Positions 17,585 through 28,667 of a stretch of DNA of 64,000 bases are shown piece by piece (within the stretch, counting starts at the first letter, position 1; each line of letters opens with the position of its first letter). This DNA comes from Deltaproteobacteria bacterium UBA4427 (GTDB taxonomy: Bacteria; Myxococcota_A; UBA9160; UBA4427). The translations under genes and the position numbers were made by a program. A model generated the notes under the pieces. It was not told the origin of the DNA. It worked only from the letters and a program-made list of their open reading frames with translations, and ran no database searches. The stretch is taken from the NCBI GenBank assembly GCA_002390675.1, contig DGPZ01000019.1, forward strand, positions 6,795 to 70,794, written 5' to 3'.

Positions 17585-19852
17585 CTAACGACGAATATTT
17601 TTTTCTCGGCCCTGACGCCCCGCGAGTCTAAAGGTGAGGCGCGCACGGTCGGAGTCCACCTCAATGAGCCGGACGCGCAAGATATCTCCGACACCGATGC
17701 GCTGACGCCCGCCTTGGGAGATCAACGCTTCCTCCTCCTCAACGAGTTCCCAGCGCCCGTCGAGCAATCTGATCGGCAGCAGCCCCGAGACCGAAGGCGC
17801 CACCAATCGAATAAAGAGACCGAATTCAGTCGCCCCAGTCACCTCTGCTTCAAAGTTTTCGTCCTCATGGCCGGCCATCATCGCGCAACTCGCGAGCGCC
17901 GCCGCGTCCCGCTCCGCTTCTTGCGCGACGCGCTCACGTCCCGAAAGCCAGATGGAAACGCTCTCCGCGCGCTCAATAATGCGCGCATCGCGAGTTTCGG
18001 CCGCAGGCTCGTCTCGGATCAGCTTTCGCAAGGCCCGGTGCACCTCGAGATCCGCATAGCGCCTAATCGGAGAGGTGAAGTGCAGATAGTGGTCGAAGCG
18101 CAGAGCGTAGTGTCCAGCCGAGTCGAGCTGATAGCGTGCCTGACTCATAGAACGTAGAGCCGCCATGTGGATCCGCTCTTCGCTCGGCATCCCCTTTGCT
18201 GCCACTAACGCAGCCGCAAGCATGCCGGGCTCCGAAAGGTCGCCAGCCGCGTCGATCCCGTGCCGCTCAAGGAGCATCGCGAGGTCGTCGAGTTTTTGCG
18301 GCGACGGCGGCGGATGAGAGCGATGGATCGTAGGCCTTTCGGCTAGATCCAGCGCACGAGCCACTGCCCGGTTTGCTGCCAGCATCGCTTCTTCGATCAA
18401 AATGTGCGCGCGATTGCGAGACCGCAGCTGCGCATCGATGGCACGCCCCTCATCGTCGACAACGATCTGAACTTCCGGGAGCTCAAGCGTCAAAGCACCC
18501 GCCGCCGTCCGCTCCGCCCCGAATCCCTCGGCGATTCGATCAAGGCATCGCAGAGAGGCCCCCCACGGTTGATCCGCGAGCTTGCCTTCTTCGTCTTTCA
18601 GCCACACGGCCGCGTCCTCATAGGCCAGCCGCGCGTGACTTCGGATCATGGCCTCATGAAAAAGCGCGTTCACGACGCGCCCGTCAGAGCCAATGCGGAG
18701 CTCCGCAACCAGAGCGCGGCGATCCACATCCGGCCGCAACGAACAGAGATCGCTGGAGAGCCGCTCCGGCAACATCGGAATCGAGCGATCCGGGAAGTAG
18801 AAGCTATTTCCTCGGCGCCGGGCTTCAGAATCGATAAACCCCCCGGGTTCCACAAAATGACAGACGTCCGCGATGGCGACCCAAAGACGCCGAGTCCACG
18901 GCCGCGCGTCATCTTTGCCTTCGCCCGGATTCAGGTCGGCCAATCCTCCGTCGACAGCCTTTAGTGCGAGCGCTGAGATGCGGTCTTCCGCAAAGACGGC
19001 ATCGTCATGATCCTTGGCAGACGCCGGATCGATCGTGATGAAGGGCAGATGCCTAAGGTCAACTCGGCGGCCCATCTCGACCGGCGAGACCGCGTCATCC
19101 AGACCTTCCGCTTCTAGCGTCGTTCGGCGCGAAAATCGGCTCGTGAGGCGATGCTTCCAAACGAGAGCTTGATGATCCGCATCGGGCTGTCCCGCCTGCC
19201 CTAGCACGGTGACGACTCTCACCGGCATTCCGGGACGAGTGCCGCCCGAAGATCCTCGTGGAAGCCGGCTACGGCTCCTCTTTTTCCCAACGCGTCCTTC
19301 GTCAAGGGGTGCCACAACGACGCGATCTCCGACTTCGGCACCCTTCGCATCCCGCTCTTTCAGCAGAAAATCGGGACATTCGACCCCCGCGAAAGGAATC
19401 AATCCAAAAATTCCGCCCTGAGGCGATCGCCCAATTCGCACGACCCATGTCGCGCGGGCCTGATCGAGGACACGCGTGAGTTCGCCGCGATGATCGCCCG
19501 CGCCCTTTTCGAGCGGAACGAAAGCCACCCGGGCACCGACTGAAACCGGTTCACCGAGGCACTCGATCTTCCACGAAACGCCGTCCGCGTCTTCGACCTC
19601 GAGCCATTGGCCCGATGCGTCCGGCGCTGCTGTCGCGATCACTAGACCGTCTTGGTCTCGATGCCCCTTTGACTTACGCCGCTCGCCACCACGACTTCCA
19701 GAGGAATCGCGTCGTCGGCCACCAGAATAAGGCCCGTCGCTCCGACCGCGAGACCGGCCGCCGTCCCGCGACGACCGGCCACTTGCACCCGACTTGCCGC
19801 CAGTACGCTTTGAGCGCCCCGCACCACGCCCCCCAGAGTTCCGCTTAGCCAA
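17585..19852 (-). CDS. rnr: Ribonuclease R (RNB family 3'-5' exoribonuclease) with an Arg/Gly/Ser-rich N-terminal region
   Basis: RNB motifs (ITIDPASAKDHDDAVFAE; HYALRFDHYLHFTSPIRRYADLEVHR), a C-terminal S1 domain, and an N-terminal ~70 aa RGG/RS-rich stretch. Confidence 0.9.
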   Translation of the reverse strand: MAKRNSGGRGAGRSKRTGGKSGASGRSSRDGGRSRGRSDGPYSGGRRRDSSGSRGGERRKSKGHRDQDGLVIATAAPDASGQWLEVEDADGVSWKIECLGEPVSVGARVAFVPLEKGAGDHRGELTRVLDQARATWVVRIGRSPQGGIFGLIPFAGVECPDFLLKERDAKGAEVGDRVVVAPLDEGRVGKKRSRSRLPRGSSGGTRPGMPVRVVTVLGQAGQPDADHQALVWKHRLTSRFSRRTTLEAEGLDDAVSPVEMGRRVDLRHLPFITIDPASAKDHDDAVFAEDRISALALKAVDGGLADLNPGEGKDDARPWTRRLWVAIADVCHFVEPGGFIDSEARRRGNSFYFPDRSIPMLPERLSSDLCSLRPDVDRRALVAELRIGSDGRVVNALFHEAMIRSHARLAYEDAAVWLKDEEGKLADQPWGASLRCLDRIAEGFGAERTAAGALTLELPEVQIVVDDEGRAIDAQLRSRNRAHILIEEAMLAANRAVARALDLAERPTIHRSHPPPSPQKLDDLAMLLERHGIDAAGDLSEPGMLAAALVAAKGMPSEERIHMAALRSMSQARYQLDSAGHYALRFDHYLHFTSPIRRYADLEVHRALRKLIRDEPAAETRDARIIERAESVSIWLSGRERVAQEAERDAAALASCAMMAGHEDENFEAEVTGATEFGLFIRLVAPSVSGLLPIRLLDGRWELVEEEEALISQGGRQRIGVGDILRVRLIEVDSDRARLTFRLAGRQGREKNIRR

Positions 19853-19914
19853 ACATCACCTCATTCATTTTCAGTTTGACGCAATCCAACACGCACCGTA
19901 CCCTGCGCCGCGTT

Positions 19915-20001
19915 GCCCGGGTGGCGGAATTGGTAGACGCGCTGGACTCAGAATCCAGTGTTCGCAAGGACGTGCTGGTTCGACTCCAGTTCCGGGCACC
20001 A
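19915..20001 (+). tRNA. tRNA-Leu (anticodon CAG), long variable arm, encoded CCA
   Basis: Hand fold: acceptor GCCCGGG/TCCGGGC, D-arm GCGG..CGCG, anticodon stem CTGGA/TCCAG with loop CUCAGAA, variable arm, T-arm GCTGG TTCGACT CCAGT, then ACCA. Confidence 0.9.
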
Positions 20002-20259
20002 CTCATACTCAGCGAACGTCAAAAAAAGAGCCTCATCATTAGAGCCTGGAACTCGAAGCATTGGGTTTGGCCTCGTGGGGACAGATTAGCTGTTCAGCGG
20101 CGATGAAGATCGCGGGATGTGATCCCCAACGCTCGTTTCGAAAAACGTCGCGCGCTTTCAGAGGATACGCCTCGGACTTAGCGATGGCGCTGCCCAAGGG
20201 TAGCGGCGAAGCCCGCTAGATCGCAGATCAAAAGGCTGTCGATCGCTATAGTAATCGGC

Positions 20260-21075
20260 ATGAGTGACGAAGCTATTATCTTTGAAGTGGATGACGATGG
20301 TGTGGCGCTGATCACGCTGAATCGGCCGGACCAGATGAATGCTTGCTCGGAGGCGCTTCTTGACCAGCTGACCGCTGCATACCGGCGTTGCGACGAAGAT
20401 GATTCGATTCGCGCGGTTGTCGTCACCGGGGCCGGCCGAGCGTTTTGCGCTGGCGCGGACATGAGCGACGCGGAGAACACCTTCTCCGGAAGCGGCATGG
20501 ACGGCTTTAGTGCTGCCGCGACCGGAATGCCCGCCTTCAGGATTCGAAAGCTCGTGGTCGCCGCCGTGAATGGACACGCGATCGGGCTTGGGATGACGCT
20601 CGCCATGCAATGCGATGTCCGCATTTTTGCCGTTGAAGGCAAATACGGGATCGTCCAGGTGCGACGCGGCGTGATGGGCGACGCGTATTCCCATTGGACG
20701 ATGGTGCGGCTCGTGGGATTGGCCAAGGCTGCGGAAATCATGCTCACGGGTAAGACATTCAAAGGCAACGAGATCGAGCGCCTTGGCATTGCGAGTCAGG
20801 TGCTCCCCTCTGTGGAGGTTTTGCCCGCCGCCTTGGCGCTCGCGCGGGACACCGCTATCCACGCGGCTCCGCTCTCCGTCGCGGTTTCAAAAAAGTTGCT
20901 TTGGGAGTCCAGCGAACTCAGCGCCGAGCAAGTTGAACAAAAGGAAACCGAGCTTCATAAGGTCGTTATGACCTCGCCCGACGCGATAGAGGGTCCGGTA
21001 TCTCATGCGCAAAAGCGTGCCCCCGAATGGCAGGGCCGACTTTCTACCGATTGGCCTGAATGGCCGATTAGTTAG
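20260..21075 (+). CDS. Enoyl-CoA hydratase/isomerase (crotonase) family protein
   Basis: ITLNRPDQMNA, VVVTGAGRAFCAGADM, AAVNGHAIGLGMTLA. Confidence 0.85.
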   Translation: MSDEAIIFEVDDDGVALITLNRPDQMNACSEALLDQLTAAYRRCDEDDSIRAVVVTGAGRAFCAGADMSDAENTFSGSGMDGFSAAATGMPAFRIRKLVVAAVNGHAIGLGMTLAMQCDVRIFAVEGKYGIVQVRRGVMGDAYSHWTMVRLVGLAKAAEIMLTGKTFKGNEIERLGIASQVLPSVEVLPAALALARDTAIHAAPLSVAVSKKLLWESSELSAEQVEQKETELHKVVMTSPDAIEGPVSHAQKRAPEWQGRLSTDWPEWPIS

Positions 21076-21108
21076 TCAGACGTTAGGCGTTCCATCACTC
21101 GTCGGCTG

Positions 21109-21996
21109 CTAAATCGCGTCACTGATACCGCGCTCGAAGAGTGGCTCAATCCCCATCGATTCAACATCTTGCGCCATGTCAGTATCCGCGGGGGAATCGG
21201 AGACGCTCGTGAATTGTGATGCGGCGGTAAGCGTCGCTTCCAGGAGACCGCCGTCGCTCGAGCTGTTGAGAAAAACGTCCTCGCGTGAGAGCACCCAATG
21301 CACGGCACGCGTCAGCGCCTCTACATCGCGGATCGGCTCGTACCAGCTGAACCTCCGCTGCGTCTCGCTCTGCCAGCGTCGGCGAGCGATCGATTTGATC
21401 GTCTGCAAAGCCACGCCACGCTCGGCGCATGTGCTCGCGAGCAGCTCGAAATCCTTCGCGTATTCCGGCTGGGCCATCATCGAATAGTTGTACGGAGCGA
21501 GCACCGAAGTGAAATCGTATTCCGCAAGGCTCCGTAAATGAAACGCCGGCGCGAAAGTGCCATGCCCCGTAACACCGATATGCCGCACCAATCCCTCATC
21601 CCTGGCCTGGATCAGCGCCTCCAGCGCACCGCCGGGCCCCATGGCCGTGAGCCATCCATCCTCGTCCGTGAGGTTGTGCAGCTGGATCATGTCGACAAAA
21701 TCGACGCCCATACGCTCGAGAGAGCGTTCCAAGCTGGCCCGTGCCTCGGGCCCTTCGCGGTCTCCGGTCTTGGTCGCTAGAAAAACGCGATCCCTGTTCA
21801 GCATCAGCCAACCCGCCAGGTTCAGCTCGGATTCGCCATAGCTGGCCGCTGTGTCGATGTGATTGATGCCGGCAGCCTCAATCGTCGCGAGCGTTTTCTC
21901 AACCCGCTCGGGCTTCATCATGGCCAGGGCCGCGGCCCCGAACAGAATCCGAGAGCTGTCGAAGCCGGTGCGCCCGAAAGGCTGTCTAGTAATCAT
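21109..21996 (-). CDS. Aldo/keto reductase family oxidoreductase
   Basis: GINHIDTAASYGESE, FLATK, VRHIGVTGH. Confidence 0.85.
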   Translation of the reverse strand: MITRQPFGRTGFDSSRILFGAAALAMMKPERVEKTLATIEAAGINHIDTAASYGESELNLAGWLMLNRDRVFLATKTGDREGPEARASLERSLERMGVDFVDMIQLHNLTDEDGWLTAMGPGGALEALIQARDEGLVRHIGVTGHGTFAPAFHLRSLAEYDFTSVLAPYNYSMMAQPEYAKDFELLASTCAERGVALQTIKSIARRRWQSETQRRFSWYEPIRDVEALTRAVHWVLSREDVFLNSSSDGGLLEATLTAASQFTSVSDSPADTDMAQDVESMGIEPLFERGISDAI

Positions 21997-22224
21997 GGGC
22001 AGAGTCTAGCGACCGCAAGAAAGTCGACGAGAACCTCGATTTAGATGAATATTTTCAATCGCTTGCGGCATCTACACGAATTCGTGCCGATTCCTGTCAT
22101 TTTGCCTAGCTCCTCCTTTTGGCCGGTTGACCTCGACCGTCCGCTGCTTACGTTGACGCCTGCTTCGGGGCGACCCCGGAGCGCCGCGTCGGCTTGAACC
22201 GAACCGCGGCAGAACGGGAGTTCC

Positions 22225-24678
22225 GTGTCCGACGAAGAACGCAACGACGACGATTCCAGCCAGAATGAAGGCGACCGCCAGGGAAGCGCGAGTGATATCG
22301 CATCCTTGATCGTGGAAGTCCCCGGCTCCGATGTCATCGAGGTGCCTGCAGACCTCCCCGTGCTCCCAGTCCGTGACGTGGTCGTTTACCCCGGCGTGAC
22401 CATGCCTTTGGCAATTGGGCGCGAACGCTCCCTCGCAGCCTTGGACGACGCGGGCCAAGACGGATTTCTGCTCGTCGTATCCCAGCGCGATCCGATGACC
22501 GAGGATCCCGCACTCGAAGATCTCTACGAGGTCGGCACGATCGTTCGTGTCATGCGCATCATAGACGCTCGACGCGAAGGTAAGCAGGCGCTCGTCGTAG
22601 GCATCGCTCGTGCGGTCATGACCCGCACCGTCGCGACGCAGCCTGCCCTGCGAATGCAAATTCGGCCCCTCATCGAAAACGACGAGACCACACCGCAACT
22701 CGAGGCGGCATGGCGTCGTGTCGTGATGCTCGCGCAGCGAATTGTCGGGCTCCGCGAGGATATGCCCGACGAATGGAAAGCCTTCATTCAGGGAATTCCG
22801 ACACCCGGCATACTGGCCGACCTTGTCGCCTCGAATATCGCGCTGACAGCGAAACAGAAAATTGAATTACTTGCGGAAGCAGATCCCGAAACGCGCCTTG
22901 CTCTCGTCGAAGCGCACCTCGAAAAAGAAGTCACGATCGCCGAGACCCAGCGCAACCTAACAGACGAAGCCGGCGGCGAAACCGATCCGAAGCGGCGCGA
23001 GAAGATGCTTAGACGGCGTATGCGCGAGATCCAAAAAGAGATCGGCGAAACCGACGCAGGAGCGCGCGAAGTCGACGATTTACGCGAAAGCCTTGAAGCC
23101 CTTGACCTCCCCGAGGAAGCGCAGACGCTGGCCGATCGTGAACTCCGCCGTCTATCCTCCCTGCCCCAACATGCCCCGGATCGACATCTGATCAGAACCT
23201 ATCTCGACTGGATGGTCGATCTGCCGTGGAACACACGGACGGACGATGATCTCGACCTTCATCAGGCACGCGAAATTCTTGACGCGGACCATCACGGCCT
23301 CAAAGAGGTCAAAGATCGCATCCTTGAATTCCTTTCCGTTCGGAAGCTCGCTCCCGATGCACAGGCTCCGATCCTCTGCTTCGTCGGACCGCCCGGCGTC
23401 GGCAAGACGTCTCTCGGAAAGTCGATCGCTCGCTGCATGGGTCGCAACTTCACGCGCGCTTCCCTCGGCGGCGTGCGAGACGAAGCCGAAATCCGTGGAC
23501 ATCGCCGGACCTACGTCGGCTCGATGCCCGGTCGCGTCCTTCAAAGCTTGAAGCGGGCGGGTTCCAAGAACCCCGTCTTCCTGCTCGACGAAATCGACAA
23601 GGTCGGCTCCGATTTCCGCGGCGACCCAAGCTCGGCGCTCCTAGAAGTCCTCGACCCCGAACAAAATAATGCCTTCTCCGACCACTACATCGAAGCACCT
23701 TTTGATCTTTCTAGTGTCTTGTTTATCGCCACCGCGAATACCCTCTCGACGATTCCCGCGGCCCTGCTCGACCGCATGGAGGTCATCGAACTCGCCGGCT
23801 ATACCGAGCGCGAGAAGCTGGTCATCGCCGAAAAGTTCCTAGTGCCACGACAGCTCGAAGCGCACGGTCTCGAAGCCAATCAGGTCACGATCAGCGAAGC
23901 GGCACTTGACCGCATCATCGTCGAGTACACCCGCGAAGCCGGTGTTCGAAACCTAGAGCGCAACGTGGCAACGCTCATGCGAAAATGCGCGCGCAGAGTT
24001 TCAGAGGACCGCGAACTCATCATCGCCGTCGACCCCGACTTCGTATCCAAGGCCCTCGGCGCACCGCCCCACCTTTCCGAGACTGCGGAAGAAGTCGCGC
24101 TCCCAGGAGTAGCCGTTGGCCTCGCAGTGACTGCCCACGGCGGCGATATTCTCTTCGTTGAGGCCGCACGCAACCTCGGTGGCAAGGGCATTCGCCTCCG
24201 CCTCACGGGCCAGCTAGGCGATGTCATGAAGGAATCTGCAGAGGCCGCGCTCTCCTGGGTACGCTCGCATGCCAAAGAACTTGGCCTTAGCGAAGAGGCC
24301 CTCGCCCCAGGCGAAATTCATCTTCATGTCCCTGCCGGCGCGGTACCAAAAGATGGCCCCTCTGCTGGCGTTGCGCTCGTCACGGCACTCGTGTCTCTCC
24401 TGTCCAACCGGAGCGCCCCGAGTCATGTCGCCATGACCGGCGAAATTTCGCTTCGAGGACGCGTGCTGCCGGTCGGCGGCATCAAGGGCAAGCTTCTCGC
24501 CGCCAGTCGTGCAGGGATCGATACGGTCGTAATTCCTAAACGAAACAAGAAGGACCTCGCTGAGGTCCCAGATGAAGTGAAAGCGAACCTCGGAATTCAT
24601 CTAGTGGACACAATCGACGAGGCGCTATCGCTGACACTCGGTGGACTACTCGACACTAATCCGCCAACGTCCGCCTGA
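22225..24678 (+). CDS. lon: ATP-dependent Lon protease (paralog 1)
   Basis: LON N-domain, [15 protein letters not shown] Walker A, and the protease domain [17 protein letters not shown] with catalytic Ser. Confidence 0.95.
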   Translation: MSDEERNDDDSSQNEGDRQGSASDIASLIVEVPGSDVIEVPADLPVLPVRDVVVYPGVTMPLAIGRERSLAALDDAGQDGFLLVVSQRDPMTEDPALEDLYEVGTIVRVMRIIDARREGKQALVVGIARAVMTRTVATQPALRMQIRPLIENDETTPQLEAAWRRVVMLAQRIVGLREDMPDEWKAFIQGIPTPGILADLVASNIALTAKQKIELLAEADPETRLALVEAHLEKEVTIAETQRNLTDEAGGETDPKRREKMLRRRMREIQKEIGETDAGAREVDDLRESLEALDLPEEAQTLADRELRRLSSLPQHAPDRHLIRTYLDWMVDLPWNTRTDDDLDLHQAREILDADHHGLKEVKDRILEFLSVRKLAPDAQAPILCFVGPPGVGKTSLGKSIARCMGRNFTRASLGGVRDEAEIRGHRRTYVGSMPGRVLQSLKRAGSKNPVFLLDEIDKVGSDFRGDPSSALLEVLDPEQNNAFSDHYIEAPFDLSSVLFIATANTLSTIPAALLDRMEVIELAGYTEREKLVIAEKFLVPRQLEAHGLEANQVTISEAALDRIIVEYTREAGVRNLERNVATLMRKCARRVSEDRELIIAVDPDFVSKALGAPPHLSETAEEVALPGVAVGLAVTAHGGDILFVEAARNLGGKGIRLRLTGQLGDVMKESAEAALSWVRSHAKELGLSEEALAPGEIHLHVPAGAVPKDGPSAGVALVTALVSLLSNRSAPSHVAMTGEISLRGRVLPVGGIKGKLLAASRAGIDTVVIPKRNKKDLAEVPDEVKANLGIHLVDTIDEALSLTLGGLLDTNPPTSA

Positions 24679-24782
24679 CGCAGAGTCAGCAATTCACTAG
24701 GTGAGGCGACCTACGTTCTAGGACGTCAAAAATCGCACAGTCTCGTTCGTATCGCGGCCCAATTCTTTCGCGCCCGCCGCCA

Positions 24783-26027
24783 ATGTCGCGGTCACATAAT
24801 GCTAGGATCCCGACGTTGAAGGTAGCCCTCGTACACGACTGGCTGGTTGGCTATCGCGGTGGGGAGCGTGTTCTCCACCACTTAGCGAGCCGCTTTCCGG
24901 ACGCAGATCTGTACACGCTGGTCCACGAACCAGGGTCGGTGCCGGAGGAGATCGAAGCGCGATCGATTCACACGAGCGTGCTCGACCGGATCCCTGGAAG
25001 CGGGAAGCATTACCGGAAATTCTTGCCGCTCTTTCCCTGGGCCATTCGTCGCTTCGACTTCACAGGGTACGACCTCGTCCTGTCCACCAGTCACGCCGTC
25101 GCGAAGAGCGTTCGCGTCCCGCCGGGCGTCGCTCACGTGGACTACTGCTTCACGCCCATGCGATACGTCTGGGACCATGTCGATACCTACGTGGGCCAGG
25201 GCTCCAGACGCGTCCTCGCAGGGCCTCTGATCAAGGGGCTCCGGCGTTTCGATGTACGCACGAGTTGCGAAGAATCGGTCACGCGCTTCGTTGCGATCTC
25301 AACGGACATCGCCGAACGAATCCATCGGCACTACGGCAGAACGGCGCGTGTGGTGGCTCCGCCCGTCGACCTCTCCTGGATCCAAGCGGCCGAGACTCCT
25401 GCGGAAGACTTCTATCTGCTGGTCGGCGGCTTCGTGCCCTACAAGCGAGAGGCCCTCGCCATAGAGGCTTTCCGCCGCCTCGGACGTCGACTCGTCGTCG
25501 TCGGTGACGGGCCGATGCGGGCCCGGGTCGAGCGCGACGCACCGGAGCACATCGAATTCCTCGGGCGCGTCTCCGATGAGGCCCTGGCGGATCTCTACCG
25601 GCGTGCACGCGCCTTGATCTATCCACAGCACGAAGATTTTGGACTCGTTGCAGTCGAGGCGCAGGGCGCTGGCCGTCCCGTGATCGGATTCGGTCGAGGA
25701 GGCCTTGTCGATACGGTGCGACCGTACGTTGCTCAGGAGGGCGTCACGCCGGATTCAGTCGGGTTTGATGCGACGGGCGTATTTTTTCACGAGCAGACGC
25801 CCGAGGCAATCTGTGAAGCTGTCACGCGCTTTGAAGAGGTCGAAGCGTATTTCGATCCGCCCGCATTGCGGCGCTGGGCAGAAAGCTTTTCGCCGGCGCG
25901 CTTCGATGCAGAACTCGACTTAGAAGTCGCAGCTGCATTAACACGGGCTCGCGCTCCGCGGCCGAGAGAGCCCTTCCCCACTCTGACAAAGCCGCGATCC
26001 GGACAGTCCCTGGAGTCGACGAGATGA
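24783..26027 (+). CDS. Glycosyltransferase family 4 (GT-B fold)
   Basis: VALVHDWLVGYRGGERVL N-terminus and the EDFGLVAVEAQGAGRPVIG E-x7-E region. Confidence 0.8.
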   Translation: MSRSHNARIPTLKVALVHDWLVGYRGGERVLHHLASRFPDADLYTLVHEPGSVPEEIEARSIHTSVLDRIPGSGKHYRKFLPLFPWAIRRFDFTGYDLVLSTSHAVAKSVRVPPGVAHVDYCFTPMRYVWDHVDTYVGQGSRRVLAGPLIKGLRRFDVRTSCEESVTRFVAISTDIAERIHRHYGRTARVVAPPVDLSWIQAAETPAEDFYLLVGGFVPYKREALAIEAFRRLGRRLVVVGDGPMRARVERDAPEHIEFLGRVSDEALADLYRRARALIYPQHEDFGLVAVEAQGAGRPVIGFGRGGLVDTVRPYVAQEGVTPDSVGFDATGVFFHEQTPEAICEAVTRFEEVEAYFDPPALRRWAESFSPARFDAELDLEVAAALTRARAPRPREPFPTLTKPRSGQSLESTR

Positions 26028-27199
26028 GCGACCACAAACGCATTCCTATGCTCGATCTCGTCGCGCAGCACGCAGAGATCGAAGAAGAATTGCTCGACGG
26101 CTTTGCCGAAGTCCTTGCTAGCGGACGCTTCGTATTAGGCTCGCAGGTCGAGACCTTTGAAACGGAACTCGCAAAACTCTGCGACGCCCGCCAGGCGGTG
26201 TCATGCAACTCAGGGACCGATGCGCTCTGGCTCGCACTCCGCGCATTAGGCATCGGCGTAGGCGATGCTGTGCTCTGCCCCGCCTACTCTTTTTTCGCAA
26301 CCGCCGCGACGATCGCTCGCGTGGGCGCCACGCCGATCTTCGTCGACATCGACCCTCTGACACTGAACATGGATCCCGAAGATGCGATTCGTCGCGCTGA
26401 GAGCATCCCTAATTTGCGTGCCGTCATGACCGCGGACCTCTTCGGCCAAATCTGCGAACTCGGCCCCCTGGAGGCTTATTGCGCAGAGCATAATCTCCCG
26501 ATCATTGAGGATGCCGCGCAATCCATCGGCGCGATCGACTTGGGCGGAAAACCAGTTGGCGAACGCGCGCACGTCGCCTGCTTCAGCTTCTATCCCACGA
26601 AGAATCTCGGCGCCCTCGGCGATGCCGGCGGCCTAGTCACCGGCGACAGCGCACTCAGCGAGCGAATCGCGAAACTCCGCATCCACGGCGAAGACGAGCC
26701 CGGTCTCTATCACGAGCTTGGAGTCAATTCGCGCATGGACGCGCTCCAGGCCGTTGCACTTTCGATCAAGCTCCGACATCTGGAGCGCTGGACCCGGGCG
26801 AGACGCGAGCGAGCGCTTCACTACGATGCCCTATTCGCATCTCGTGGTGCTGTCTCGGGAGATGCCTCCCTGTCGGATGGCAACCTGTCCCTACGCACAT
26901 CGCCGCCGCTGCCCGAACCCGGCCGCCACACCTACCACCGGTACATCGTGCGCGTCCCCAAAGACAAGCGCGCCGCTCTCATCGCAGCGCTGGACCAGCA
27001 GGGCATTGCCAGCGAAATTTACTACCCGCGCGGACTTCATCAACAGCCCGCTCTCGCCGACTTTGCTCCGCGCGAGGGGCTGCCGCAAACGGAGCGCGCG
27101 ACCTGCGAAACCCTCGCACTGCCACTCTACCCGGAGCTCGAATTCGACGATATCGAACGAGTCGTCGACACAATCAGCGAGACGCTCAAAATCCTGTAG
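26024..27199 (+). CDS. DegT/DnrJ/EryC1/StrS-family PLP-dependent sugar aminotransferase
   Basis: GTDALWLAL, DIDPLTLNMD, SFYPTKNLGALGDAG (PLP Lys). ATGA overlap with the GT4 gene. Confidence 0.85.
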   Translation: MSDHKRIPMLDLVAQHAEIEEELLDGFAEVLASGRFVLGSQVETFETELAKLCDARQAVSCNSGTDALWLALRALGIGVGDAVLCPAYSFFATAATIARVGATPIFVDIDPLTLNMDPEDAIRRAESIPNLRAVMTADLFGQICELGPLEAYCAEHNLPIIEDAAQSIGAIDLGGKPVGERAHVACFSFYPTKNLGALGDAGGLVTGDSALSERIAKLRIHGEDEPGLYHELGVNSRMDALQAVALSIKLRHLERWTRARRERALHYDALFASRGAVSGDASLSDGNLSLRTSPPLPEPGRHTYHRYIVRVPKDKRAALIAALDQQGIASEIYYPRGLHQQPALADFAPREGLPQTERATCETLALPLYPELEFDDIERVVDTISETLKIL

Positions 27200-27222
27200 C
27201 GAACGTTAGGTCGCTGCTCGGT

Positions 27223-28605
27223 TTAATACCCGCGACCGCCTCGAGAGAGCGTCATCACCAGAATTCGAACGTCTAGCAAGAACGACCATTTCTGGATGTA
27301 GTAGAGATCATGCTCCACCCGCTCATGAATCGACGTGTCACCGCGCCAGCCATGGACCTGCGCCCATCCTGTCATCCCCGCGCGCACTTTGTGGCGCAGC
27401 ATGTAGCCGGGAATCTCGCGCCGAAAATTCTCGATGTACGTCGGCTGTTCGGGGCGCGGTCCTACCAGACTCATATCTCCTCGTAAGACGTTAAAGAGCT
27501 GGGGGAGTTCGTCGAAGCTGTTTCGGCGCATCCAGCGTCCGAAGCGCGTCCTTCGAGGGTCGTCATCAGTCGTCCAACCCGGCCCCTCTTGTTCGGCGTC
27601 CTGCTTCATAGACCGAAATTTGAGCATCTCGAAAACGCGACCATCGTGTCCCATCCGTGACTGGCGGTAGAAAATCGGACGACCGGAGCTAACTAAAACA
27701 CCTACCCCAAGACCCACTAACAGCGGAGAAAGCGCGCAAATCAAAGAAGCGCTCCCCAGCAAATCGAAGGTGCGCTTGCCGAGTGCGGCCCAACCGAACA
27801 GGGCCGTCTCCTGCATGCCGATCACCGGAATCCCGTCGAAGCTCTCGACAGAACTCCGCAAGTTGAATCCGTGCAACAAATCCGGGACGATCTTCACGTT
27901 CACTACTTCGTCGGAAAGTTCCGCGGCGACCTTTTCGAACCGCTCGGACTCGTGACGCGAGAGCGCAATAATTACTTGATCGACTCGACTGGCGCTAAGA
28001 ATCGATTTTAACTCGGAATAGCCGCCGATCAGTGGCACCCCGGCAACCGCGCCTCCGATCGCGCCGTCTGCAACCACGCCGATCATCCGCAGACCGGCAT
28101 CGGGCCGGGCAACGATACGCGAAACTACGTTCTCGGCGACTGAACCTGAACCGACGACGAGCACATAGCGAAGGTTCATGCCCCTCAGCCTAAGGCGACG
28201 CAGGGCCATACGGATCGTCGATCGAAGTGCGATCACCGCAAGCGGCGCCATCACAGCAAAGAGCCCGAGCACGCCGCGGGAGTAGGAGTAGTTGCGCGCG
28301 AAGAACGTAATCGCCGTCAGCAGCACTAGCGCCATCGCTGTTGATCGCACGATCGCCGCTACCTCTCCGAGCGAAGAGTCCATACGCCTTGCCTCGTAGA
28401 GGCCATTTGAACGGAACAAAAGCAAGAAGAGCGGGACAATCAGTGCGAGGGCGTAGAGATAGGGTTCGGGCGCCGGTATGCCCAGGGGCGTTGCCAATCC
28501 GCTGTCAAAGCGAATCGCGTACGCAGCAAGCCACGCCAAGGCAATCAACGCGCCGTCCGCCGCGCCCATGATCGTGCGGAATACTTCGCTGTGTCGGTAA
28601 AGCAT
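27223..28605 (-). CDS. Polyprenyl-phosphate hexose-1-phosphate transferase (WbaP/bacterial sugar transferase family)
   Basis: N-terminal TM helices, a Rossmann-like linker, KRTFDLLGS, PIFYRQSRMG, LKFRSM, DELPQLFNVLRGDMSLVGPRP. The probable start is MLYRHSE at 28605; the longest ORF reaches 28761. Confidence 0.85.
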   Translation of the reverse strand: MLYRHSEVFRTIMGAADGALIALAWLAAYAIRFDSGLATPLGIPAPEPYLYALALIVPLFLLLFRSNGLYEARRMDSSLGEVAAIVRSTAMALVLLTAITFFARNYSYSRGVLGLFAVMAPLAVIALRSTIRMALRRLRLRGMNLRYVLVVGSGSVAENVVSRIVARPDAGLRMIGVVADGAIGGAVAGVPLIGGYSELKSILSASRVDQVIIALSRHESERFEKVAAELSDEVVNVKIVPDLLHGFNLRSSVESFDGIPVIGMQETALFGWAALGKRTFDLLGSASLICALSPLLVGLGVGVLVSSGRPIFYRQSRMGHDGRVFEMLKFRSMKQDAEQEGPGWTTDDDPRRTRFGRWMRRNSFDELPQLFNVLRGDMSLVGPRPEQPTYIENFRREIPGYMLRHKVRAGMTGWAQVHGWRGDTSIHERVEHDLYYIQKWSFLLDVRILVMTLSRGGRGY

Positions 28606-28667
28606 AAAGTTTCCGGACTCCCATGTCCGGGGTGAGCGTGCCAGAAAAACATTCGAATCGCAGCGCC

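Noticed and set aside
22000-22224. Candidate promoters upstream of lon paralog 1: TTGACC-16-TACGTT and a CTTGAA sigma-32-like -35 element.
   Set aside because: The -10 matches are poor and I cannot score them statistically. No CIRCE or HAIR-like repeat is present. Left uncalled.
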